Positions 40,152 through 50,451 of a stretch of 64,000 bases of DNA are shown piece after piece. The first letter of the stretch is position 1; every line of letters begins with the position of its first letter. Source of the DNA: Balanoglossus misakiensis. Its lineage: Eukaryota; Animalia; Hemichordata. Under the pieces are notes generated by a model, which was not told where the DNA came from, did not search any database, and was given only the letters and a program-made list of their open reading frames with translations. The DNA lies in the NCBI GenBank assembly GCA_040954595.2, contig CM082598.2, positions 8,323,097 to 8,387,096 on the forward strand. The letters are read 5' to 3'. The position numbers were made by a program, and so were the translations under genes.

Positions 40152-40868
40152 GGTGGAATTGCATAAACAGTTGTGATATTTGCCACATTTTACTTTTTTT
40201 ACACAAATCAGTAGGTCTGACCAATGCGTCTTGGTGGAAATGGTACATAACCACCAAAAAATAGCATTTTTCCGAATGAGTCCACCGCAGCTTAAGAATT
40301 AGGTGTCAACAATGCAAATTGCCGTTTTTCTCAGTTTGCATTTTCGCTGCGTTTGAAAACTTCAGAAGAATTTAGCTTCTCTCTGCGTTGGCTGAATTTG
40401 CTCAAATTTTAGCAGGGGATTGTGTATGGCCTATCCAACAATACGAGAACAAAATTTAGTCGATAAAGTGTCCCTAACGCAAATGAACTTTGATTCAAGG
40501 CAACTCATCGTGAATTTTATCAAATTTTCTAAAAATCTAACTTGCAAACGCTGTTACTCCTCAATGGAAACAAATAATGCAAAACAAAATCTTCGTTTTT
40601 TGCATGTGTACTCTAGTTTCTAATGACATATTAAGATTATTGGTGAATGGTAAACTTTTTTACCTAATTCAAATTTTATGACATAATATCAAAAATGGGT
40701 TGTTTAACCCAAAAATGCCGCAATTTCTGGGGGTCAATAAAACATGCAACTCTAGCAAAAGTTCAAAAACTCAGCTTCCAGAATATGTATGGTTTATAGT
40801 GGTTTTAACGTTGTCTTTGGTGAGAAATATGCCTCTGAAAAAGTCTCGACTGTTCGTGCAATGCCATC
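40152..40868. mobile_element. TTAA-flanked non-autonomous element (Kolobok-like)
   Basis: ttaa|ggtggaattgca ... tgcaatgccatc|ttaa, an imperfect 12-bp TIR. Confidence 0.55.
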
Positions 40869-41120
40869 TTAAATTCGCTCAAGATGTCTTGGGCTCTGAA
40901 GACTCTCGATACTGGAGATGTTATCTTATCCTAGCTCGTTGGTGTACACTTGGTGGCAAATTGATTGTAATAATGGAGATGCGCAACTGTTACACTGGAA
41001 GCTAAAATTGTTTAGTCAAGACACAAGATTTTGTGCGAGTTGCACAACAGGTCGCATGATCTGTCCAATTTCGATAGAGAGACTTGTGGGCTTGGTTGTA
41101 CTATAGTATATCTTGAAATC

Positions 41121-41272
41121 ATATGTTATAATAAGACAGAACTCCATGGCTCGATCGTGCAAGCACGGCGAACCGGGGGTATTTGCATCGAGTGACTGGC
41201 GGTGTATTCTTGTGCCTGTCCCCTGCACGTGCTTGCGCGATCGAGCCATGGGGTTCTCTCATTATTACATAT
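41121..41272. repeat. Imperfect palindrome
   Basis: gaactccatggctcgatcgtgcaagcacg pairs with cgtgcttgcgcgatcgagccatggggttc. Confidence 0.7.
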
Positions 41273-41475
41273 GTTACTCCCATTGTATACAAAAAGACCG
41301 AAAACGAAAGAAATGAGACCGCCGAATGATATTGCTTGTTTCGTGAACAGGCCACACAACGATTACGTCATCAAATTTTCATTGGCCAGTAACACCACAC
41401 CCCAATCTTTGATTGGACAATGTTGTTTACTTATTTACGGGTCTCAGGCCTGGGTCATACGACATGTACCATGGT

Positions 41476-41540
41476 AGTCTCGGTTACCCAGACTCCTTCG
41501 CGCGGGCTATCGCCAAAGCGAGAAGAGAGTCTGGGGACAT
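41476..41540 (+). mobile_element. Academ-like left terminus (TAGTCTCG...CCAGACT hairpin)
   Basis: tagtctcggttacccagactc...gagtctgggg lies about 160 bp upstream of the helicase ATG; no partner end was found by eye. Confidence 0.5.
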
Positions 41541-41638
41541 GGCAGCAAAACGACTCTGAAACAAGATGGCGACTGCTGGAATTCGACTCAAGATCTGATT
41601 GGCTAGTTCCCCAATTTGACCCGGGTCACTAGCTAGCA

Positions 41639-44384
41639 ATGATGAGTGAGAAAATGGCGACGGTCCACATGGAAGCTAAGCTAAATGCTGCAATTCACGC
41701 AAGTTTACTCATGCACAACGTTCCGTACACACTAAAGGTAAGTTTATTCGTAACGTGAAATAACGATGAAGTCTTTCTATTTTTATTTTGTCTTCAATTT
41801 CCCAGAAATATCGCTAGCATTTAATTTGAATTTGATTTTGAGAAGTGTGTCGACGCGACGCCGACGACTTTGGCTCAAGGCAGTTGGTAATGAAATGCAT
41901 TTTGCAAAGTTTCTTAAAGTGCATATCAGCTTTTTTTCGTCTCCATAGGATTGTATAGTAATTTCTAGGTTAATGGGAGTTTCGTGTCGCTTACATGGTC
42001 CATATGCCACAACTTTAGTATACTTTCAATTATTCATGAAAACGGTTTACATTATATACTGTGTTGTGTTTATATCTTTTATTAGGATAAACAAGTAGAC
42101 TGTATACGGCAGACAGTTTTGGGGAGAGACGTGATGGCCATTCCACCAAATGGGTATGGAAAAGAACTCTAATTTACGCGCTTCTCCCCAGTATCTTTGA
42201 CCATTACAACGAGACAGAACAACATCACAAAGTTCTCGTAATTTCGCCATTACTGTCGCTAATGGCAGATCAAGTACAGCGACTTGAACAGATGGGGGTC
42301 AAAGCGGTACAGTTGAGTGTGCAGGAACTCCAAAGTGTTCCAGGTATGTGCAATTGTATGATTCCAAATGAAACAAAAGAAATGTAATGATATCATATTT
42401 TAGACCCAGTTGAAAATACATGTACTGTAGATCGATTGATAGTACCGCTACTAGAACCCTACTTAGATATAGATGCATACTACCTGTATATAACTAAAGT
42501 GTAGTTTACATCACAGTATCATTTCTAAAGTTACAATATAAATGTATATCTTATAGAGAGAAATTATTGTTGAGGTCTCAACACTGATTGTGATGGTTGT
42601 AGACACACCTGATGTTTTCTGTGTTATATCAATAATATTATCATGATATTTATATTTTCAATATAATGTTTAATATTATTAATTTTAGTTTAATTTATAC
42701 CATGCAAGGGTAGTTATTTGGCAAATGGTGTGTTATCCCTGGTGAATTTAACTATAATATAACCAAAATTAGTGAATGCATAATTTTATGAATTGTTATT
42801 TTTATTATTACATTATTTCTCAGCCAATGATCAACCTTGTATATTTTTTATTGATCTTTGTCCATACATGTAGGTCAAGAGTTTTCAGTTATGCTGCTCA
42901 GTACAGAAGCTTTATTTAGTGGCAACTGGCGTGATTATCTATGAAAATTCCAGCCTACTATTAACTCGATTGTTGTTGATGAGGCACACTGTGTTGTTGA
43001 ATGGTATGTAGATAGAAACACATTGTATACATACATTGTGCATTTAAAATATATTATTGCTGTAACTTTAGTATTACTGCCAATCAGATACAAAATATAC
43101 ATACATTTTTTTAGAAATGATTTGTAAATAGTGTATGATATGACTATGTTTGTTTTGTATTGTGTCTATAAATGTCTTGCTTTCATCTTGATATAATTGG
43201 CAGAGTAATTATATGTTATAAGTACACTGTGTTTCATTGTATATGAAAATTTCAAATTTCATAAACTTGAGATACTGAGCAGATTGTTATTTTCTATTCA
43301 CACAGGGGTAAAGACTTTCGGAAGAATTATGCTAGAATAGGGGAACTAAGAAGTCTTTTCCCAAATGCAAACATGCTAGCCCTAACTGCCACAGCAACTC
43401 ATGCAATGAGAAGTGACTTGAAGAAGATCCTATGTATTGAAGAATGTGAACTTGTGACATGCAACCTTGACCGCTCCAACATCTTTTATCAAGCAATTAA
43501 GGCTCCAACATCAATTCAGGATACATTTTTTTGGCTTGTCGACTGTCTGAGATGTACAAAGACATCAACCAAGAAATACATAATTTATTGCAGAAACATA
43601 ATGTCATGTGCCAAGTTATACAATTTTTTTGAGCGAGTTACAGGACGATTCTTGGTGTGGGTCACCTAGCATTCAAAATGCACTATTTGCAATGTATCAC
43701 CACTCCACACCTGCGAAAAACAAGCGATTTATTGAGAAAGCATTCAGCAAGACTAATTCCAAGTTGCGTATCATCTTTGCCACTGTCGCATTTGGCATGG
43801 GTGTGGATGCCCCAGATGTTTACATGATATTTCATTGGGGGGCATCCAGGTCCTTTGAAGGTTTCACTCAGGAATCTGGCAGGGCTGGGAGAAATGGGAA
43901 TCAGGCATACTCGACTGTTTACTTCCACCCACTAGATGTGAGCAAGGTTGCCACTGACAACATAATGAGAACTTTCTGTAAGTCAGAGGAAAAATGTCGT
44001 AGAAATATCTTGTTAAGTCACTTTGGGCAACCAATGCATACAGATGATTCTCTCGGCCATTTATGCTGTGATATTTGCCACAGACAATGTGCCTGTGGAG
44101 AGTGCCCTGTTATTCCTGGTTTAATCCCAGAGAAAGTTACTGACGAGGAATTATGTGCAGCTGCTAGAGAAGTTGAACGAGAACAAATAATTCACAATGT
44201 CACGGAAGAACAACAAACACTAATCAAAGAAGAACTGTGTGTTTATAGAGACACGATTTCTCAAGGTTTAGTTTCCTCTCAAGTAATGTCAGGGTTAACA
44301 GATGCAGTAATTGCAGATCTTGTAGACAATGTTGCATACATTCATTCAGTAGATGATTTACTTACAGAGTATGTATTTTGCTGA
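41639..44384 (+). pseudogene. Four-exon RecQ-like SF2 helicase (AcademH type): exons 41639-41737, 42086-42343, 42874-43003, 43306-44384
   Basis: Spliced motifs GRDVMAI.PNGYGK, VISPLLSLMADQV, IVVDEAHCVVEW-GKDFR, LALTATA, IIYCR, ATVAFGMGVD, QESGRAGRNG and CRR...CCDIC; canonical GT-AG introns; two frameshifts and an in-frame TGA. Confidence 0.88.
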
Positions 44385-45755
44385 GGTATGGAAAATTGTC
44401 AGTGACAAATTACATGTACAGTGAAAACTTGATGAGATGAATGATACACACAGAAAGCATTTTAGATGACAACAAATAGGGAGGCTCGTGGAATTCAAGA
44501 AATTGTAATATGTGGTTGTAACGTTTGTCTGTTTGTCAATTACGAACCCAACATAACTTTTCATCACACGAATCATAACAATTACATTTATAGAAACTAA
44601 GAAAAGAGTTTATTGTGACTGTTTTTCGACTCATGAATAATTAATTAGGTATCACAATGGCGCCAGTTTCAGCTGAGCGGTAGCGCACATTTGCAGAGTA
44701 AGGTAAGTGTTTCCAACTATTCACGACAAATGAGTGTATTAACATCAACATATCATGAAGTTCAGTAACTGATGATATTATGCACTTCATAATTATGGCA
44801 ATCTTCGATTCAGTAGGTTATGAAATGTTCAATTTCTCGACACGGCGTCGGTTACTAAGCAAAGTCTGTTTACATAGCAACATTGACGTGTGCAAGAAAA
44901 TCGTGTAAATTTTGGAGTTTTATTGCATAATTAAAGATTTTAAAATCATACGATTGTTGTTTGGTTGTTTTTACGCCGAAGGACTTTGATGTCACTCAAT
45001 GTTTTCACGTTTTGTCCAAATTGAACCAAGCAGAATTCGCCGACAATGGTGTACAGTCAGCGCGTATTACAACTCCATTGACAGCTATGGCTGATTATGT
45101 CAACCTCACCAACATGCCAACCGATCTCAAGTTTTTTGTTTCGCCTGAGCCGAAATCTACAAATCTGAAACCAACAGATTTTTGCAAACATGTCAATACA
45201 GGAGAGATGACATATCACCCTATAATGAAAAAATAAAAAAAACTGAATCTCAGAGAATATGCAAACCCCGCGTACGGGCTTGCTGCACGTACCGGCGATA
45301 TCCCTGGAGATTAATTGAAGAGATAATGGCAAGGACACGCGTGTGTTGACCTGCGTCTTTGGCTTACACCTCAGCATTGCATATGAACATGCAAATGCCA
45401 TAACCTTGCTTTTAATTTGCGAATGATGCTCCATCCAGCACCAAGGGCAATTGTAAACCCACTTTTTTATTGTTTATTATAGGTTGAAGGTCACCAATAT
45501 AAAATACAAATAAAATATAACTGACAACTCTACATGAAAATGTAACACTCAATTTGGTTAATTTAATTTCATATCAATTTAATTTTTATTTCTTTAAACT
45601 TATTGCAAGTAATCTCATGTTTCAATACGACATATTCACAAAATATTGTTTCTCTTTTCAGGGTATGACATATTCATTTTCTCACCTCTGAGGTAGGGAA
45701 CCGTCATATGACCCACAACATACGTATAAACAGCAGAGGCAAAAATCATGCTGTG

Positions 45756-46694
45756 ATGCCACATAAAAAGAGAAAGAGTAATTTTGATATAGGACAATGG
45801 ACAGTAGACAAAAAGAGAGCAAAGCAGATAGCTAGGGAGGAAGAAGAACAGAAATTAATTAAAGCTCGGCAACTTTTGAAGGAGAAAGTGGAGAATAGTA
45901 CACTACTAGTGAGGTCAGAGTCAGGAAAGTAAAAGCATAGGTTCAACCTAGGAAAGTGGCGCTCTGAAAGAAAGCGTAAGATAGAAGAGGAAAGTGAGCA
46001 GATAAGACAGAAGCAGCAGAAAATAGAAAATGGAAAGCAACTTGTAGAAAAGTCAAAGAAGCATTTGAGCAGACTAGTAAAGAGACAGAGAAAACTTAGT
46101 CAGAAAGCAGTTAGAGTTTGTCAGGAGGTAAGCTACTTTACACACACATACATACACGATATATAGCTAGCTAGATAGCTAGCTAGCTAGATAGATAGAT
46201 AGATAGATAGATATGCATGAGTGTGTGACCTTTGACTCTTTCATTTGCATATTTTACAGATCTCTTCATTCTCTGCTGTGAAAAAACAGACCTGTAGTTC
46301 AAAAGAGCAGCAAAGTCTGTCCAGACAACAGTGAACGCCTAACTCTGTCCAGAAGTCTGCAGCATGCTCGGCGAACAGAGACACTAGTGGCGGCCACATC
46401 CATTCATCTAGCAGCACCAGAATCTGACTCAAACAAGACAAATGTTAGTATTGCAAACCCCCCAAAGGCAGCACTTGATGGGCTGTGGGTAACGCTTGTT
46501 AATTCAGTAACTCCCAGTCATGTCTTCTGGTAAATTTAAAGAAATAATAATGCCATCATTGTTAAAGAAATCAATTTCGAAATTTGAAGATAGTGAAAAT
46601 AATCTCATCAGAAGCATCAAAGTATGTATGAAAATGGTGTGTTGTCAAAACGAAAATATAACGCCATTAAAGGGTTAGTGAGCTAAAATCAGTC
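45756..46694 (+). pseudogene. Disrupted N-terminal part of the RAG1/Transib-like transposase gene
   Basis: Basic, coiled-coil-like exon ending GAG|GTAAG near 46127; acceptor ttttacag near 46259; later fragments RRTETLVAATSIH, ALDGLWVTL, ENNLIRSI..YENGVLSKRKY; several stops and frameshifts. Confidence 0.55.
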
Positions 46695-48470
46695 TTGAAA
46701 TTAAATCAACCAAAGAGAGTGTTACAATTTGAAGCTGGTTGTAAAATACCAAGGCTCCTATCATATAATAGAGTTGTAAGCTGTGTCCGTAACCTTGACA
46801 TAGGTGACCTTCAACCTATATTAAATAATGGTAAGGTAGTTGGCATGAAAAGAGATACAGAGATGATGCTCTTAAAAATTGCCAACCTATATTTAACACT
46901 GTGCCAATATCAGCCTGATATCTTGAATTGGTTTGGTAAGCCAGAGGGGAGTTTTCAAATTGCCCTTGGTGCTGATGGGGCACCATTTGGGAAATATGGC
47001 CAAGGAACTGCTTGGCTAATTAGCTTGGTAAATGTAGGTCACAGGGTAGCCAGCCCTGATGACAACTTCCTGCTACTGGGTGCAAACTTAAAAGAGGAAG
47101 ACCCTCTATTAATAGAGTATGCTAGTTATTTAGCAAAAGAGCTGGAGGTCATCGAGTCAAAGAACTACTCAATAAATAATCTCAAGGTAAGTTTTAAGGT
47201 GTCACTCCTGCCCTTTGATCAGAAAGGTTTGGCAGTAGTGTCAGGCGAGTTGTCAAATGCAGCTACATATTTCAGCTCATTTGGCAATGTTACTAAAGGT
47301 GACATAGATAGTGTAGGGGGAGATATAGGCCCCGGTAAAAAGTGGACAGAATGGGACTATGCAAAGAGGTTGCAAGATGCTGAAGCTGTGGCAAAGTTAA
47401 AATCAAATTTGCTGAAAAGATCTGGTAAGTCTGACATTGACCGTACAAAAGTGACACGATTTATATCGAATAGGACATCCAGACAGGAATTTATTCCCCC
47501 ACTGGGTAGGTTTATAACTTGTACAAAAGTAGAACCACTTCACCTAAAAAATAATGGATGGCAGTATTATTTTCAGCGATTACAGACAGACGCTGTGGCC
47601 AAAACAGACCAGCGTGTAGTTGACAGTGGGGTGAAGCTGGAAAAACTACCACATGACTGTTATCTCTATAAATTCCTGTATGCCCTAAAGTACAATGTCA
47701 GAGCAGGTAAATTGTACAGCCAAATTGTAAAGTACTTCACTGAAAATAAGGTAAGTAAACAGAGCCAAGCAATAAGGGTTCATCGTTTCACTGGGGAAGA
47801 GTCCAGGAAAGTAGGTTGGTACTTTATGTCATTGATTAAGGCTCTGAGTGGGCCCAATGACAATGCACAACAACAGACAAGATTGGCTATGTACACATAC
47901 ATAGGTGTGCTACTACGTGCTATAACTTCACTTACTTCAAGGTTCAATATTAGTGAGAGTGATATTGCTGTACTTAAACAAAAGTGCAGATGGTATTTCA
48001 ATTTGCACTCTCTCTTTCTCACAGTAAATAATACCATCTGGCATATTGGATATGTGTTACCAAAGCATATATCTGAGGTGTATGGGAAATTCAGGATGGG
48101 GTTAGGTCTTAATACAATGGAGGGAAGGGAAGCCAAGCATTTGCGCCTGCTTGAATACAGTAATAATTCAACACCCCAGAACAGGTGGTCTCTAATTTTC
48201 AGGCATGAGTATATACTGCTGTATTGGCTGCGTACACAAGACCCCTCTTCTGATAATTATAAAGGGAGCCAAAAGGGTAAATGTGTCAATGATAATGGCA
48301 AATATATTCCAGACAGGTATTATGATGACCCAGGCTACCGTTTTTGTGGCAGTGAAAAGCAGGGTTTCTCTGAGTCATGTGATATTTGCAGCAGCAAATT
48401 TATGAAAGAAATCAAACATGCTGCAGTTAGTGGGAAAATAAGCAAATCTCTGAAAAATACCCTGAAGTAA
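46695..48470 (+). CDS. RAG1/Transib-like (CMC-Transib group) DDE transposase core
   Basis: 591 open codons with ordered motifs GADGAP (first D), PFDQK (second D; cf. RAG1 YDEK), EPLH (cf. DALH), WHIGYVLPKH (cf. YFHKTLAH) and GLG.NTMEGREAKH (E; cf. SEGNESGNK); C-terminal Cys cluster; AATAAA at 48652. Confidence 0.75.
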   Translation: MKLNQPKRVLQFEAGCKIPRLLSYNRVVSCVRNLDIGDLQPILNNGKVVGMKRDTEMMLLKIANLYLTLCQYQPDILNWFGKPEGSFQIALGADGAPFGKYGQGTAWLISLVNVGHRVASPDDNFLLLGANLKEEDPLLIEYASYLAKELEVIESKNYSINNLKVSFKVSLLPFDQKGLAVVSGELSNAATYFSSFGNVTKGDIDSVGGDIGPGKKWTEWDYAKRLQDAEAVAKLKSNLLKRSGKSDIDRTKVTRFISNRTSRQEFIPPLGRFITCTKVEPLHLKNNGWQYYFQRLQTDAVAKTDQRVVDSGVKLEKLPHDCYLYKFLYALKYNVRAGKLYSQIVKYFTENKVSKQSQAIRVHRFTGEESRKVGWYFMSLIKALSGPNDNAQQQTRLAMYTYIGVLLRAITSLTSRFNISESDIAVLKQKCRWYFNLHSLFLTVNNTIWHIGYVLPKHISEVYGKFRMGLGLNTMEGREAKHLRLLEYSNNSTPQNRWSLIFRHEYILLYWLRTQDPSSDNYKGSQKGKCVNDNGKYIPDRYYDDPGYRFCGSEKQGFSESCDICSSKFMKEIKHAAVSGKISKSLKNTLK

Positions 48471-48759
48471 AATACTATGAGTAAATTCAGAGGGTGCACC
48501 CAATGTTGTAAATATGTTCAAAGATTATTGCTTGCGTTGTAAGCTAATTTAAGTTGTACATTTTGGTAGGATACAGAATCTGGTTTGTCCTGTTATGTTT
48601 ATTGTAAATTGTGAAATCCTGAAACACTTTTCATAAATACATACATACAAAAATAAATATGTAATATACCACAAAAAAATAAACTAAAAGTAAATACAGG
48701 AAACTGAGAATGAAAATTTTCAAGTATCAGAGCTTGCTGTTGAAAAGCAATAGTTTACA

Positions 48760-49410
48760 ACAGTAAAGTCTGATACATGAAATTTTCATTTTCATTTTTA
48801 ATGCAATGATTGTATAAATTTCAGCATTTCTTTGAGTAATATGATTGATTTTTTTCGTGCAATTAAATTTTGACAAATGTTAGCAGCAGGATTCACAACC
48901 AATGGTCTGCAAAAATGAATACTTTATTAATTTTGACTGCTTTTGTGAAATGTAAATTAATGTAAATTTGAATTTTTAAATGTGATGGCAAAAATCTGAA
49001 ACATCACAGTTGAACTTTCCATTATACTCATCGTCACAGCCATGGAAGCCAAATATATTCATGACAGGTATTTTATGACAACCCAGACGACTGTTTTTTA
49101 TTCGTGTGGCAGCTAGATCATATACTGTGAAATGCAAGGTTCACAGAGTCATAGTTGTAAACTTATGGAGGAAACACAACACAACCCTGATACTTGAAAT
49201 TGTTATTTTCAATTTTAATGCAATGATTGAGAATGTATAATTTCAGCATTTCTTTGAGTAATGATTTGATTTGCTTTGATCAATTAAATTTTGAAAAATG
49301 TTAGCAGCAGGTTTCACAACCAGCGGTCTGCGAAAATGAATATTTTTGATAGCTTTTGTGAAATGAAAATGTGAAACGCAAATTTGAATTTTTAAATGTG
49401 ATAGCAAAAA
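48760..49410. repeat. Tandem ~220-bp duplication between the convergent genes
   Basis: ttttaatgcaatgattg...tttcagcatttctttgagtaat...tttttaaatgtgat at ~48795-48990 and ~49213-49410. Confidence 0.8.
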
Positions 49411-49731
49411 CTGATTGGCTTTAAAAAAGGTGAGAGTTAATTTCAAATGTTTTTCTACAGCATAACTCGAATGAATTTATGAATGGAATTTAATATTTGT
49501 AATTTCATTATACTCAAAGTCACTGCATCTAAATTAAGAAATAAAGATAACATGCCTTGATAAAATACCATTGTTTTTATTTCTGTGTGGGCTTGAGTAC
49601 TTGCAGAAAAACAGCTGGTTCTAGCGTAATACAAAATACCACAGAAATATCAGAAGTGTTTCTCAAAGTGAAAAGTTGTTAGAAAACAAGCAGAAATACG
49701 TCAATACTCGGCAGTTCAAAGTTCTCATAAT

Positions 49732-50346
49732 TCAAACATGTTGAGGCACTCCATGTTTGTTCCAGCATCCATAGTGAAAGCTGATCGTCGCTGTTTCAAA
49801 TGTCTTCCTATACCGCACAACCATGGGCTTTTCATTGGAACAGACCACTTCCACCCGTTGACCCTTCACTGACCTAACCAGCAGCTGCTGGTTTTCAGAG
49901 CGACCTCCTCGACCAATGACATATTTGACTTTGTTGATCCAGGGGAACTTCAGTGTGATTGTACGTGGTGTGACACATTCTTCAATTCCCATTGAATTGC
50001 GAGTTGCATAGTGACGAACAAGCTCAAATACGTCTAGTGGGATGTTTCTACTGAAGCTCCCCTTCCAAGGATTCCGCATCGAACAAGATGGCTTCAATTT
50101 CTGGGACACTTTCGAGCGCCAATGATCCATTTCTCGCTCAAAATTTGGGTACGATGCTATCTGGCGGAGCTTTACCTTATCAGCTGTGATTTTATCATGT
50201 CTCTTGTTAGCGGATTCAACATTTGCGTCCAGCTCATCAAACAAACCATGCAGGTTGCACTGGAAATCACTCCCCGACCTATCAAATTTTGCATCACGCA
50301 GCTTACGCTTGACAATCTTGGCAAGTTTCATCGTGGGCGCCGCCAT
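49732..50346 (-). CDS. Intact intronless 204-aa basic protein of unknown function, convergent with the RAG1-like transposase
   Basis: Uninterrupted ORF in AT-rich DNA; start context caagATGGCG; minus-strand AATAAA at 49576-49581; no kelch or PHD motifs visible. Confidence 0.7.
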   Translation of the reverse strand: MAAPTMKLAKIVKRKLRDAKFDRSGSDFQCNLHGLFDELDANVESANKRHDKITADKVKLRQIASYPNFEREMDHWRSKVSQKLKPSCSMRNPWKGSFSRNIPLDVFELVRHYATRNSMGIEECVTPRTITLKFPWINKVKYVIGRGGRSENQQLLVRSVKGQRVEVVCSNEKPMVVRYRKTFETATISFHYGCWNKHGVPQHV

Positions 50347-50451
50347 CTTGATTTACCGTTACCAAGGAAAATGACCCGAAGCGTGACCCCAGAATAGATA
50401 TGCGCGCTCCGTGAAGCATTAGACAAAACAGGGGCGCCCTGGGCCGCAGTG

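Noticed and set aside
41639-44384. Host RecQ gene (BLM/WRN/RECQL)
   Set aside because: Compact, disabled by frameshifts and a stop, and adjacent to an Academ-like end, so it is more likely transposon-borne.
24111-48470. RAG1-like N-terminus (24 kb) and RAG1-like core (46.7 kb) as one split RAG1 gene
   Set aside because: They share a strand but are 22 kb apart with a host exon between them, and the core has its own different N-terminal exons at 45.7-46.7 kb.
49732-50346. RAG2-like call for the convergent ORF
   Set aside because: Too short, with no repeated kelch GG/aromatic blades and no PHD Cys/His pattern.
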